A stretch of 63,510 nucleotides of DNA, the filler included. It is 4 parts of 4 records of this genome, joined end to end, with 100 filler letters (N's around TTAATTAATTAA, not from the genome) between each part and the next. Parts side by side here need not be neighbours in the genome. Positions count along the whole stretch, not along the records: positions 10,696 to 22,097 come from SRR20825010_2995; positions 22,198 to 35,992 come from SRR20825010_2999; 2 more parts are not named here. One strand, given 5' to 3'. The notes under the pieces are model-generated. The model saw only the letters and a list, made by a program, of their open reading frames with translations. It was not told where the DNA came from and searched no databases. Of the stretch, positions 18,977 through 29,096 are shown piece by piece. The position numbers and the translations under genes are program-made. How positions within the stretch are numbered: position 1 is the stretch's first letter; each line of letters opens with the position of its first letter.

Positions 18977-20296
18977 TCACCCGTCAGCAAGCTGCCATGA
19001 GCCATAATCAACAGTGATTACCGACTTGTCCTTGCCATTGCGACGGTCGACAAAAATCTTTCCGTCCTTCATGACCACCTTGATATTTTCGCGTGGCTGC
19101 AAGACCGTGATGTCCTCTGCGGGGTTTCCATCGATCAACAGGATGTCGGCGAGTTTGCCTGCATCCAGCGTGCCGATGTCCTTTTCCATATGCAACGCCT
19201 CGGCCGCATTCCGCGTCGTTGTCAGGATCGCCTCCATCGGCGTCATACCCAGCTGAACGTAGACCTCCAGTTCAAGCGCGTTGCTGCCCATGTCGGGTTC
19301 CTGACCCATGTCAGTGCCCATGATGATCTTGACACCCGCCTTGTGCATTGCCTGAAAGGTTTCATAGGTGAACGGCTGGATCTTTTTCATCTTGTCCAAG
19401 GTGAACTGCGACGTGCCTGTTCCGCTACGGATCTCGATCGCGCGGTCGGTACGATGGAGCAGGGTTGGACAGACCGGGATACCGTGCTTGACGATCTCCT
19501 CGTTCATCTCGTCACTGTGGAACACCATGTGTTCAATCGTATCAGCCCCCGCCTTGATCGCCATTTTCTGGGATTCCGGGGTAAAGCAATGAATAGAACA
19601 ATAACTGTGCTGCGCATGCGCCTCGTCACAGACCGCATCCAACTCTTCCTGAGTGTGATTGCGAACTTTGGGGCTTTCTTTGTCGGTGCCACCACCACCA
19701 GATGCACAGGTCTTCAACCAATCCGCGCCCCGGAGCAGGTTCTGTCGGGCAAGCTTGCGCATTTCATCGGCGCCGTCGGCGGTTGCGTTCGGATCCCGCA
19801 GCGCGGCACGGGGATGAATGAGATCCAGATGTGAACCAGTCCCCACAGTAAAGGCGGCGACGACAAGACGAGGTCCGGGGAAAATCCCAAGATTGATTGA
19901 ATCCCGCACCGCAATCGTATGATCCGTCAGCAGGCCGCGCGTCGACATCAGCCCTTCGTCACGCAACGTGGTAAAGCCGCGCTCAAAGCACAGTTGAGAG
20001 TGGAACAGCATGTAAAGCTGCTGAAGCTCCGGCGAAATCTCATACTGCGCCACACGGTAGTTCCGAAAGGTGAGGTTGTTGAACTGCCCGATATGCAGAT
20101 GAACGTCCATCATCCCCGGCATCGCCGTCAGACCGGGCTCTTCGATCACCTCAGCATCGGGCGGCACCTGTATGTCAGACTGCGCGCCGACAGCTGTGAT
20201 CCTGTCGCCCTCAATGACAATAACGCCATTGTCCAGAACCGGCCCGCCGTTCCCGTCAATCAGCTTGCCGACTTTGATCGCCACAATTTTGGACAT
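18977..20296 (-). CDS. Metal-dependent amidohydrolase (Xaa-Pro dipeptidase/ochratoxinase-like subgroup)
   Basis: PGMMDVHLH, WLKTCASGG, SIH, TIEH, GTDMG and GKLAD. Confidence 0.9.
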   Translation of the reverse strand: MSKIVAIKVGKLIDGNGGPVLDNGVIVIEGDRITAVGAQSDIQVPPDAEVIEEPGLTAMPGMMDVHLHIGQFNNLTFRNYRVAQYEISPELQQLYMLFHSQLCFERGFTTLRDEGLMSTRGLLTDHTIAVRDSINLGIFPGPRLVVAAFTVGTGSHLDLIHPRAALRDPNATADGADEMRKLARQNLLRGADWLKTCASGGGGTDKESPKVRNHTQEELDAVCDEAHAQHSYCSIHCFTPESQKMAIKAGADTIEHMVFHSDEMNEEIVKHGIPVCPTLLHRTDRAIEIRSGTGTSQFTLDKMKKIQPFTYETFQAMHKAGVKIIMGTDMGQEPDMGSNALELEVYVQLGMTPMEAILTTTRNAAEALHMEKDIGTLDAGKLADILLIDGNPAEDITVLQPRENIKVVMKDGKIFVDRRNGKDKSVITVDYGSWQLADG

Positions 20297-20520
20297 GTCC
20301 GGTGCCTCCCATTTCGCTTAACTCTTATTTCATCCAGTAAAATCATTATTTCATTTTATTTGCAGCGGCAGCAACACATGTCAAGCACCTCGCTGCCAAC
20401 ACTCAGATAAAATAAATTAACTACAATAACTTACGAGCACGCCCTTCCACCGCTTCGACAGGAACTCCCCGTTCAAAGCGCCTAAGGACTGGTTGGGTGC
20501 ACCGAAGGAAAGCCGCCCTT

Positions 20521-21480
20521 TTAACCGACCAGGTCCAGCGTTGAAGGTTCGAACAGGTCATCCAGGGCGACCCGGTTTTTCAGAACCCCCTGAGACACGC
20601 AGCTTTCAATGTAGGATTCAAGCAACTCCCGATTGGGTGCCAGGCCGTAGGGCAACGGATCCTTGCCCCGGTCAAGAATTCTTCGGTGCATATCGTCGAT
20701 ATGATCGGGGTTCTTGATCAGGCCCGCCCTCAATGCATCGACGTATAGGGCTTTCGACTGGGAAAACGCATCGAACAAGGCGCGTGGCAATGTCGGGTGC
20801 GCGTCCAGAATGTCATTTCGCACAACCATCAGATGGTTGATGGGATAGTGCCCGCGCGCATCGAATGCATCCAGCCCAGCCTGAAGCCCGTCGGGGTACA
20901 GCGCCACGATGTTCTCGTAATTTGCCGGAATGTCGTGCGGGAAAAAGCCGATCACACACGATAGTGCGCCATTGTTGAGTTCCTCCCGCAACTCGCGGCC
21001 CTCCTCAAGGTACTCGACATTCGCAGGCGGTTCGAAATTCTCCACATGTTCGTCGCTCGACAGAACCCAAGTGATTTTCGACAGGTCAACGCCGTATTCA
21101 TCTGCCAAAATCGACCGGGCCCAAACGCCGGTCGTCACGGTAAACCCGCGGTCTACGCCGACGCGCTGCCCTTCTAGCTGGCGAGGATCGGTGATGCCCG
21201 CATGCCGGTTGAACAGGATCGCCCCGTGGTGAAACTCACGGACCAGAAAGATCGGCAGCGCGGTGAAACGGGCGCCGTATTCACGGGCCACCACATAGGT
21301 CGTCAGTGCCAGTTCACTGACCTCGAACTCGTGGGATCGGACCATACGCCGAAAGGCGCCCTTCATGGTGGACTCGTTCAAGATCGACAGATCGAAGCCT
21401 TCAACCGACACCCGGCCATCTTCAAGTGGCGCCACGTTGCCTTGCATCCGCAAGACCGTTGGGAGGAGGGGGTTGCTCAT
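20521..21480 (-). CDS. 4,5-dihydroxyphthalate decarboxylase-like / periplasmic-binding-protein-fold protein
   Basis: FRRMVRSHEFEVSEL, ALPIFLVREFHH, TTGVWARSIL, YPINHLMV and DPLPYGL. No signal peptide. Confidence 0.8.
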   Translation of the reverse strand: MSNPLLPTVLRMQGNVAPLEDGRVSVEGFDLSILNESTMKGAFRRMVRSHEFEVSELALTTYVVAREYGARFTALPIFLVREFHHGAILFNRHAGITDPRQLEGQRVGVDRGFTVTTGVWARSILADEYGVDLSKITWVLSSDEHVENFEPPANVEYLEEGRELREELNNGALSCVIGFFPHDIPANYENIVALYPDGLQAGLDAFDARGHYPINHLMVVRNDILDAHPTLPRALFDAFSQSKALYVDALRAGLIKNPDHIDDMHRRILDRGKDPLPYGLAPNRELLESYIESCVSQGVLKNRVALDDLFEPSTLDLVG

Positions 21481-21725
21481 TTTTCTATCCTGTCGAAATT
21501 TCATTCCAGAGGTTTCGTGCGGCGCTGGATCAGCAGGGCCGACAATGATTGCCGCCACGCCCGGTCGTGTGACGATGCGTGCCCGACAGGCACAACAACC
21601 ATCTTGAGTGGAAAGTATTACGCCAGATTGACTATCGTCATCGGCTTAGTCCGACCAATTCGGGGAAAGGTTGTGTATCAGCGGCTTACAATCGGACACC
21701 GCGTTGCCCGCGACCGCCTTGTCGA

Positions 21726-22097
21726 TCAAGCGGGGTCCGTGGACGCTTTCTGATCTTCCAGCCACTGAACAACCGATGCTCGTTTGGCATCCATGTGATC
21801 CAGCAGCGTACGGGCCAACCTACTGCCATCCCTCTCGACCAGAAATTTCAGGATGGTTTCGTGCTCTTGCACGGCGGCATACCAGCGGCCCTCAGACATG
21901 TTGGCCAGATACCGGGCGCGCTGCATCCGCAGGGACAGCGCTTGGCAGGATGTCGTCAGTGTGTCGTTGCGTGCCGCCAGCAGGATCGCGCGGTGGATTT
22001 TCTGGTTGATGGCAAAATAGCTGTCCAGATCCCGTTTCTCGTAGCTGCGGATCATGTCCTCATGCAGGCCGCGCACGGCAGCGATTTCTGCGTCGGT
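21726..22097 (-). CDS. GntR family regulator, FCD domain (5' truncated)
   Basis: YFAINQKIHRAI…ARN…AVQEHETIL…LLDH. Confidence 0.85.
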   Translation of the reverse strand, partial: TDAEIAAVRGLHEDMIRSYEKRDLDSYFAINQKIHRAILLAARNDTLTTSCQALSLRMQRARYLANMSEGRWYAAVQEHETILKFLVERDGSRLARTLLDHMDAKRASVVQWLEDQKASTDPA

Positions 22098-22197
22098 NNN
22101 NNNNNNNNNNNNNNNNNNNNNNNNNNNNNNNNNNNNNNNNNTTAATTAATTAANNNNNNNNNNNNNNNNNNNNNNNNNNNNNNNNNNNNNNNNNNNN
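22098..22197. other. Artificial contig-joining spacer
   Basis: N44-TTAATTAATTAA-N44. Confidence 0.98.
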
Positions 22198-22198
22198 G

Positions 22199-23611
22199 CG
22201 CCAGCGCGCATGGGGTGTGCCGCTGACGATCTTTGTTCACAAAGACGGATCGCTGCTGCGTGATGACAAGGTGAATGCCCGCGTCGTCGAAGCCGTCGCC
22301 AAAGAAGGCGCAGACGCCTGGTTTGAAAAGCCGGTGAGCTATTTCTTTGAAGGCACGAACCACAAGGCGGACGACTACGAGAAGGTCACCGACATTCTGG
22401 ACGTCTGGTTTGACTCAGGCTCCACACATGCCTTTGTGCTGGAAGCGCGCGGCATGCCGTCGCCTGCCGATCTTTATCTGGAAGGTTCCGACCAGCATCG
22501 CGGTTGGTTCCAGTCGTCGTTGCTGGAGAGCGTCGGGACGCGTGGTCGCGCACCTTACAAACAGGTGCTGACACATGGCATGACGCTGACCGACAAGGGC
22601 TTGAAAATGTCCAAGTCGCTGGGCAATGCCATCGAGCCGGAAAAAATCATCAAGCAGAACGGCGCCGACATTTTGCGGCTCTGGGTGTCGTCCACCGATT
22701 ATTGGGATGATCATTCCATCGGTGACGAAATCCTGAAATCCAATGTCGAAGCCTATCGCAAGCTGCGCAACACGTTCCGCTATCTGCTCGGCAATCTGGA
22801 AGGCTTCGACGAGGCCGAACGCGTCGCCCATGCCGATATGCCGGAACTGGAACGCGCGATCCTGCATCGCCTTGCCGAACTGGATGGATTGGTGCGTCAG
22901 GCTTACAATGATTATGACTTCAAGCGCATTTTCCACGCGCTGACGAATTTCATGAATATCGATCTCTCGGCTTTCTATTTCGATATTCGCAAGGACACGC
23001 TTTATTGCGATGCGCCTTCAAGCCTGCGTCGTCGTGCCTGCCGGACTGTGCTGCATGAACTTTTCATGTCGCTGACCGCGTGGTTTGCGCCGATCCTCTG
23101 CTTTACCGCAGAAGAAGTATGGCTGACGCGCTTTCCCGATGATGCGGGTTCTGTGCACCTACGTACATTCCCTGATCTGCCTGCTGAATGGATCGACGCC
23201 CCGCTGGCTGACAAGTGGCGCAAGGTGCGCGAGCTGCGTCGCGCGGTGACAGGCGCATTGGAAGTCGAGCGCCGCGAGAAGCGCATTGGCTCCAGCCTTG
23301 AATCTGCTCCCGATGTCTATGTCTCCAATGCCGAGATCAAAGCGGCGATGGCGGGCATTGATCTGGCGGAAATCGCCATCACATCGGGTGGACAATTGCT
23401 GGATGGCGACGGCCCTGCCGATGCGTTCCGTCTCGACGATGTGGCGGGCGTGTCTGTTGTGCCCAAAATGGCAGACGGCAAGAAATGCGCACGCTCATGG
23501 AAGATCATGCCGGAAGTCGGCTCCGTGCCGGGCTTTCCTGATCTGACGCCGCGCGATGCGGAGGCCGTGAAGGAATATGACGCCCGTCAGGCCGCAACGG
23601 CGAAAGGCTGA
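22199..23611 (+). CDS. ileS: Isoleucine--tRNA ligase (5' truncated)
   Basis: RQRAWGVP, DVWFDSG, YLEGSDQHRGWF, KMSKS and GADILRLW. Confidence 0.96.
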   Translation, partial: RQRAWGVPLTIFVHKDGSLLRDDKVNARVVEAVAKEGADAWFEKPVSYFFEGTNHKADDYEKVTDILDVWFDSGSTHAFVLEARGMPSPADLYLEGSDQHRGWFQSSLLESVGTRGRAPYKQVLTHGMTLTDKGLKMSKSLGNAIEPEKIIKQNGADILRLWVSSTDYWDDHSIGDEILKSNVEAYRKLRNTFRYLLGNLEGFDEAERVAHADMPELERAILHRLAELDGLVRQAYNDYDFKRIFHALTNFMNIDLSAFYFDIRKDTLYCDAPSSLRRRACRTVLHELFMSLTAWFAPILCFTAEEVWLTRFPDDAGSVHLRTFPDLPAEWIDAPLADKWRKVRELRRAVTGALEVERREKRIGSSLESAPDVYVSNAEIKAAMAGIDLAEIAITSGGQLLDGDGPADAFRLDDVAGVSVVPKMADGKKCARSWKIMPEVGSVPGFPDLTPRDAEAVKEYDARQAATAKG

Positions 23612-23616
23612 AACAG

Positions 23617-24162
23617 ATGTCAGAGCCGCGCAAAATAGCCGGTCAGCCCGTTTGGGGTGTTTTTTCGCTGCTGGGAGCCGGTATTGCCGTTCTCGCCTTT
23701 GCGACAGACCGCCTGCATAAATGGTGGTCGCTGCATATTCTGGACATGCCCAACGTTCGCCAGATTACGGTGACACCGAATTTTGACATCGTGATGGCGT
23801 GGAACAAGGGCGTCTCCTACGGCTTGTTTCAGGCAGAAACCACAGCCGGATTGATCGGTCTGGTGGTTTTCGCGCTGGTGATCGTGGTGGGGTTGGGATT
23901 ATGGCTAGCCAGAGCCGAACACCGCGCAATGGCTGTGGCAATTGGCCTTATCATTGGCGGCGCGCTGGGCAATGTGCTGGATCGGGTGATCTATGGCGCG
24001 GTTGCGGACTTTTTTAGTTTTCACGCCTTCGGCTTTTACTGGTATATCTTCAATGTCGCGGATGTGTGGATCGCTATCGGCGTTGGCATGATCCTGATCG
24101 ATTCAGTTTTCCCTTCGCTCTTCGGGTCCCGTCAGGACGACAAGGCAGAAGGTGAAAGCTAG
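23617..24162 (+). CDS. lspA: Lipoprotein signal peptidase II
   Basis: NKGVSYG, GGALGNVLDR, VADF and FNVAD. Follows ileS. Confidence 0.95.
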   Translation: MSEPRKIAGQPVWGVFSLLGAGIAVLAFATDRLHKWWSLHILDMPNVRQITVTPNFDIVMAWNKGVSYGLFQAETTAGLIGLVVFALVIVVGLGLWLARAEHRAMAVAIGLIIGGALGNVLDRVIYGAVADFFSFHAFGFYWYIFNVADVWIAIGVGMILIDSVFPSLFGSRQDDKAEGES

Positions 24163-24214
24163 AAACCGGATTTGCGATAGAGGATTTTGGGTGAGGAACA
24201 AGAGAGTGAAACTG

Positions 24215-24790
24215 ATGAATTCCCGCATGCGGAGCCTGCTCGCCATAAGCGCTCTCTCATTGTCACTTGCCGCTTGCGGCGGCGACAGCCTCAAAGACGC
24301 GCTGGGCTATGGCAAGGATGCGCCCGACGAGTTCGCCATTATCACGAAAGCACCGCTGGTTATTCCGCCGGATTTCTCGCTGCGTCCGCCGCAGCCCGGT
24401 GTTTCCCGCCCGCAGGAAGCTAACTTCCAGCCTGGTCTGATCGCGCAGCGTGCACTGACAGGTGAGAACGGTGCTGATTCCGCCGCGCCGACTAGCGGCG
24501 AAGACATTCTGTTGGCCAAGACCGGCGGCGCGGACGCAAATCCGCAAATCCGTCAGGTCGTCAATAACGAGCAGCGTTCGCTGGTCGAGAAGGACGAGAG
24601 CTTCGTTGACGATGTTCTGTTCTGGCAGGACAAGACACCGACCGACGCCCGCACGGTGGATGCCGCTGCCGAACGTCGCCGCATCGAACAGAACGAAGCA
24701 CAGGGCAAGCCTGTGACCGAAGGCGAAACACCTTCGATCGCGCCTGAAAAGAAGGGCTTCTTCTCTGGTCTCTGGTCTTCTGTCTTCTGA
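24215..24790 (+). CDS. DUF3035 lipoprotein
   Basis: Lipobox LAAC and the motif APDEFAIITKAPLVIPPDFSLRPP. Confidence 0.85.
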   Translation: MNSRMRSLLAISALSLSLAACGGDSLKDALGYGKDAPDEFAIITKAPLVIPPDFSLRPPQPGVSRPQEANFQPGLIAQRALTGENGADSAAPTSGEDILLAKTGGADANPQIRQVVNNEQRSLVEKDESFVDDVLFWQDKTPTDARTVDAAAERRRIEQNEAQGKPVTEGETPSIAPEKKGFFSGLWSSVF

Positions 24791-24791
24791 T

Positions 24792-26237
24792 TTGTTTGAC
24801 GGTGTGAGTTTTTCATCCGAAAGCCTTGGCGTCACTTCGCGGCTCGTACTGCGAACGGGTGCGGCATGTGCTTTTCTGATGCTTGCAGCCTGTGCCGATT
24901 TTCAGCCTCCCTTCGGTGCCTCGTTTTTGGGAACAGGTGCGAGTGATCCCATTGCGATTGCAGAGGGACCGGCTGCACCAGAAACATTCTCGCTGTCCAA
25001 CGGGATGCAGGTTCTGGTCATCCCCGATCACCGCGCCCCTGTTGTGACCCATATGGTCTGGTATCGCGTTGGTGCGGCGGACGAAGTGGCGGGCAAGACG
25101 GGGCTGGCGCATTTTCTCGAGCATCTGATGTTCAAGGGCACGGACAAGATCGCGCCCGGTGAATTTTCAAAGACCGTCGCGCGCAATGGCGGGCGCGACA
25201 ATGCGTTCACCAATTATGATTTCACGGCTTATTTTCAGGCCATCGCCAAAGACCGGCTGCCGCTTGTCATGGAGATGGAAGCCGACCGCATGTCCAATCT
25301 GAAGCTCACTGACAAGGAAGTGTTGCCAGAGCGCGATGTGGTGATCGAAGAATTGCGCATGCGCATCGAGAACCAGCCGGTTGCCGAGCTGCAGTCGAAG
25401 ATGAATGCCGCGCTCTATGGCAACAGCCCCTATGGCCGGGATGTGATCGGCTATAAGGACGAAGTGGCCAAGCTGTCCACGCAGGACGCGCTGGACTGGT
25501 ACAACCGCTATTACACGCCCAATAACGCGATCCTGATTGTGGCGGGCGACATTACCGGCGCGGAACTGAAGCCGCTGGCCGAAAAATATTATGGCGTGGT
25601 CAAGCGCCGCGCACCGAGCTACACGCAAGCCCGCCCGCCTGTGAAATGGCCCGATACGCCAAAGCGCGTGACGATGCGCGACGGGCGCGTGCGCGAAGCC
25701 TCGTGGCTGCGGTTTTATCCCGCCCCCTCCAATGCCGAAATCGGCACCCGCGCCAGTGCCGCGCTGGATGTGTTGGCCCAGATATTGGGCGGTGGCACGA
25801 CAAGCCGTCTCTATCAGTCACTCGTGGTGGAACAGCAGAAACTGACCGCCGTGCAGGCGTGGTATTCGGGTGACGAAATTGGTTCCGGTAGTTTTGGTCT
25901 TTATGCCTTGCCGCGTGTTGGCGGCAGCACGGCGGACGCGGAAAAGGCGATAGATGACGCGCTGGAAGCTTTTCTGGCCAGCGACATTACGGATGAGGAA
26001 CTTGTCCGTGCCCGTTCGCAGCTTGCCGCCGGTGCGGTCTATGCCCGTGATCGCCAGCAGACCATGGCCTATATCTATGGCAGTGGCGTGATGACAGGGC
26101 TGACACCCAAAGAGATTTATCACTGGCCGGATGCGATCAAGGCAGTAACTGCGAACGATGTGCGCGACGCGGCCAAGCATGTACTGGATGCGCGCCATGC
26201 CGTGACCGGCGAGCTTCTGCCGGAGGTGGGCCCATGA
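24792..26237 (+). CDS. M16 family zinc peptidase, catalytic subunit (start uncertain)
   Basis: HXXEH (AHFLEHLMFKGT), NAFT and ERDVVIEE. Confidence 0.92.
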   Translation: MFDGVSFSSESLGVTSRLVLRTGAACAFLMLAACADFQPPFGASFLGTGASDPIAIAEGPAAPETFSLSNGMQVLVIPDHRAPVVTHMVWYRVGAADEVAGKTGLAHFLEHLMFKGTDKIAPGEFSKTVARNGGRDNAFTNYDFTAYFQAIAKDRLPLVMEMEADRMSNLKLTDKEVLPERDVVIEELRMRIENQPVAELQSKMNAALYGNSPYGRDVIGYKDEVAKLSTQDALDWYNRYYTPNNAILIVAGDITGAELKPLAEKYYGVVKRRAPSYTQARPPVKWPDTPKRVTMRDGRVREASWLRFYPAPSNAEIGTRASAALDVLAQILGGGTTSRLYQSLVVEQQKLTAVQAWYSGDEIGSGSFGLYALPRVGGSTADAEKAIDDALEAFLASDITDEELVRARSQLAAGAVYARDRQQTMAYIYGSGVMTGLTPKEIYHWPDAIKAVTANDVRDAAKHVLDARHAVTGELLPEVGP

Positions 26238-27610
26238 AAAATCTTCTGGCCGGTCTGGCTTTCGCAGCTGTCGCTTTTCTGGGCCAATCTGCCCATGCGT
26301 TGGACGTGCAGCGCGTGGTCAGTCCCGGCGGAATAGAGGCGTGGCTGGTCGAGGAATATGAAGTGCCGATCATCACCATGGAAGTGTCATGGGATGGCGG
26401 CGCGGCGAGCGATCCGGCAAACCGGCTGGGACTTGCCAATATGGTCTCCGGTCTGCTGGACGAAGGCGCGGGCGACATGGAAGCCGAGGCCTATCAGAAG
26501 CGTCTGGCGGCTTCCAATGCTTCGCTTTCCTATTCGGCAGATAAAGACTATTTCAACGCGCATCTGAAGACGCTGGTCGAAAACCGCGGCGAAGCTTTCA
26601 CTCTGTTACAAATCGCGCTGACAGCACCGCGTTTTGACCGGCCTGCTGTTGAACGCATTCGCGGGCAGATCCTTTCCAATATCGCGCGCGACAGCGTGGA
26701 CCCCGAATGGATCGCATCGCAAGCCTGGTTCAAGGCTGTGCTGGGCAAGCACCCATACGCACGCCCCTCCGACGGCACCGAAAAATCCGTCTCCAAGATC
26801 ATGCCTGCCGACCTCAAGGGGTTTGTCCAGCGCACTATTGCGCGCGACAATATGAAGATCGGGATTGTCGGGCCGGTCTCTGCTGAGGCATTGGGCGCGT
26901 TGCTCGACAAAACTTTCGGCGCATTGCCTGCGCACGCGAAGGTGATCCCTGTGGCAGACGTGCAGGTGAAGCTGAAACCGTCCGTCAATATTGTGAAGAA
27001 GCCCTATCCGCAAAGCATAGTGCTGTTTGGCGGCGCGGGGCTGAAGCGTGAAGATCCTGATTTTGTGCCGGCCTATGTGATGAATTATATGCTGGGCGGC
27101 GGCGGGTTTTCATCGCGCCTCACAGAAGAGGTGCGCGAGAAACGCGGGCTGGCCTATTCCATCGGCACTTATCTCTATCCGTTGCGCCATGCCGCGCTCT
27201 TTCTGGGACAGGTGGGCACCAAGAACGCGAGTGTTGGCACCGCGCTATCGCTGATCCGCACCGAGTTTGCGCGCATGGCCGACAAGGGTGTGGATGATGC
27301 CGAATTGTCCGATGCCAAGACCTATCTCACAGGCTCCTATCCTTTGCGGTTTGATTCCAATGCCAAGATTGCAGGCGAGCTTGTCGGCATTCAGCAGGAA
27401 AACCTCGGAATTGATTACATCGCCAATCGCAATGATCTCATCAATGCCGTGACAAAGGACGATGTGGCCCGTGTCGCCAAACGTCTTCTGGCGGACACAC
27501 CGCTAGTGGTTTCCATTGTCGGCGAGCCTGATATGAGCGAAAAACCGCTGCCGCCGGCCAGTGCGGTGCCGGATGCCCCCACGCGCCCCAGCGAAATGGG
27601 CTTCCACTAA
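26234..27610 (+). CDS. M16 family peptidase, non-catalytic partner subunit
   Basis: No HXXEH. Has LGGGGFSSRLTEEVREKRGLAY and a signal peptide. ATGA overlap with the preceding gene. Confidence 0.9.
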   Translation: MKNLLAGLAFAAVAFLGQSAHALDVQRVVSPGGIEAWLVEEYEVPIITMEVSWDGGAASDPANRLGLANMVSGLLDEGAGDMEAEAYQKRLAASNASLSYSADKDYFNAHLKTLVENRGEAFTLLQIALTAPRFDRPAVERIRGQILSNIARDSVDPEWIASQAWFKAVLGKHPYARPSDGTEKSVSKIMPADLKGFVQRTIARDNMKIGIVGPVSAEALGALLDKTFGALPAHAKVIPVADVQVKLKPSVNIVKKPYPQSIVLFGGAGLKREDPDFVPAYVMNYMLGGGGFSSRLTEEVREKRGLAYSIGTYLYPLRHAALFLGQVGTKNASVGTALSLIRTEFARMADKGVDDAELSDAKTYLTGSYPLRFDSNAKIAGELVGIQQENLGIDYIANRNDLINAVTKDDVARVAKRLLADTPLVVSIVGEPDMSEKPLPPASAVPDAPTRPSEMGFH

Positions 27611-27752
27611 GCAATATTCTCAATCAATGCCGAGCCGTCTGGCCCCTTGGGGTCCAACTTGTTACCGTTACGCACCAGCGCGAAGCTGTCAGCCGATTCC
27701 TGATCGAGGTCATATCCGGCCACGATCCTCGGGAATCTGATTTCGGGATCAA

Positions 27753-29093
27753 ATGAGCGAAATGTCCTCTTTCTCACCGGCCTATAAACAATCCATCGAT
27801 ACCTGCTTTGAAGATGCAATCGGTGCGGCAGGTCTCACACGCAAAGCCTATGAAACGGCTTTGGATGAAGCCGCAGACGCTCTGTCATGGCTGAAAAAAG
27901 CCTATGAGGAAGACACGCTGGCGCTGTTGCATGTGCCGGAGCGACGTGACGACCTGGCATCTGTGAATGAAGCGGCGGCGACGCTTCTGGACAAGACGAC
28001 TGATCTTTTCATTTTCGGGATCGGCGGCTCGTCGCTCGGTGCGCAAGCCATTGCCCAACTGGCAGGCTGGGGTAGTCAGGCAGTCGTCCATAGTGAGCCG
28101 CGCATCCACATCATGGACAATCTCGATGCATGGTCAATGCAGGCGGCATTGTCGTCTGTCGATCTGCGCACAACGCGTTTTCTTGTCGTCTCCAAATCGG
28201 GCGGCACGGTGGAACCAGCGCTACAAATGCTGGCCGCCATGAGCGCGATTGAGGAAGCCGGCGGGGGCAAATATATGAAGCATCACTTTGTGGTGCTGAC
28301 CGAGCCTGCCAAGGACGGCAAGCCAAACCCATTGCGCGCCTTTGCCGAGCAAAACGGATTTCCGACGATTGAACATGACCCGCGCATCGGCGGCCGCTAC
28401 GCCGTGCTGAGCACGGTGGGAATGCTGCCTGCAAAGCTTTTTGGCCTCGATATGGACGCTTTCCGCCAAGGCGCGGCCGAAGTGCTGGCGCCGATCCTGT
28501 CAGGCGCGGCACCGCGCGATGTGGCACCCGCCGTGGGCGCTGCCTTGTCTGTCGCCTTGCAGCGCGAGAAGGGAGCGAACCTTTCGGTCCTGATGGCTTA
28601 TGCCGACCGGCTGGATCGCTTTATTGCATGGCACTGCCAGCTCTGGGCAGAAAGCCTCGGCAAGCAGGGCAATGGCACGACACCTGTCAAAGCCATCGGG
28701 CCGGTGGATCAGCATAGCCAGTTGCAGCTTTATCTCGACGGACCACGCGACAAGATGTTTACGCTGTTCCGCACAGAGACACGCGGCGAAGGCCCGCGCG
28801 CACTGGCATCTTTGGCCAAGGGCACCGGATTTGAACATCTCGGCGACAAGCATATCGGTGATCTCGTCGATGCCGAGGCGCGCGCGACAACAGATACGCT
28901 GGTGCGCAACGGACGGCCTGTGCGCAGCTTTGTCCTGCCCAAGCTTGATGAACGCACGCTAGGCGCTCTCTTCATGCATTTCATGCTGGAGACGATCATT
29001 GCGGGCAAGATCATCGGTGTTGATCCGTTCGACCAGCCAGCCGTCGAAGAAGGCAAAGTGCTGGCCCGCAAATATCTCGCGGAACAAGGCTGA
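27753..29093 (+). CDS. pgi: Glucose-6-phosphate isomerase
   Basis: GIGGSSLG, SKSGGT, IGGRYAVLS, QLWAESLGK, DQHSQLQ and FDQPAVEEGK. Confidence 0.93.
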   Translation: MSEMSSFSPAYKQSIDTCFEDAIGAAGLTRKAYETALDEAADALSWLKKAYEEDTLALLHVPERRDDLASVNEAAATLLDKTTDLFIFGIGGSSLGAQAIAQLAGWGSQAVVHSEPRIHIMDNLDAWSMQAALSSVDLRTTRFLVVSKSGGTVEPALQMLAAMSAIEEAGGGKYMKHHFVVLTEPAKDGKPNPLRAFAEQNGFPTIEHDPRIGGRYAVLSTVGMLPAKLFGLDMDAFRQGAAEVLAPILSGAAPRDVAPAVGAALSVALQREKGANLSVLMAYADRLDRFIAWHCQLWAESLGKQGNGTTPVKAIGPVDQHSQLQLYLDGPRDKMFTLFRTETRGEGPRALASLAKGTGFEHLGDKHIGDLVDAEARATTDTLVRNGRPVRSFVLPKLDERTLGALFMHFMLETIIAGKIIGVDPFDQPAVEEGKVLARKYLAEQG

Positions 29094-29096
29094 TCC

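Noticed and set aside
23480..23560. IleRS C-terminal zinc finger with lost cysteines (CARSW…LTPRD)
   Set aside because: As far as I recall this variant is common in alphaproteobacterial IleRS, so it is not novel.
26234..27610. M16 peptidase lacking HXXEH as a possible pseudogene
   Set aside because: This is the normal non-catalytic subunit of heterodimeric M16B peptidases, and the ORF is intact.
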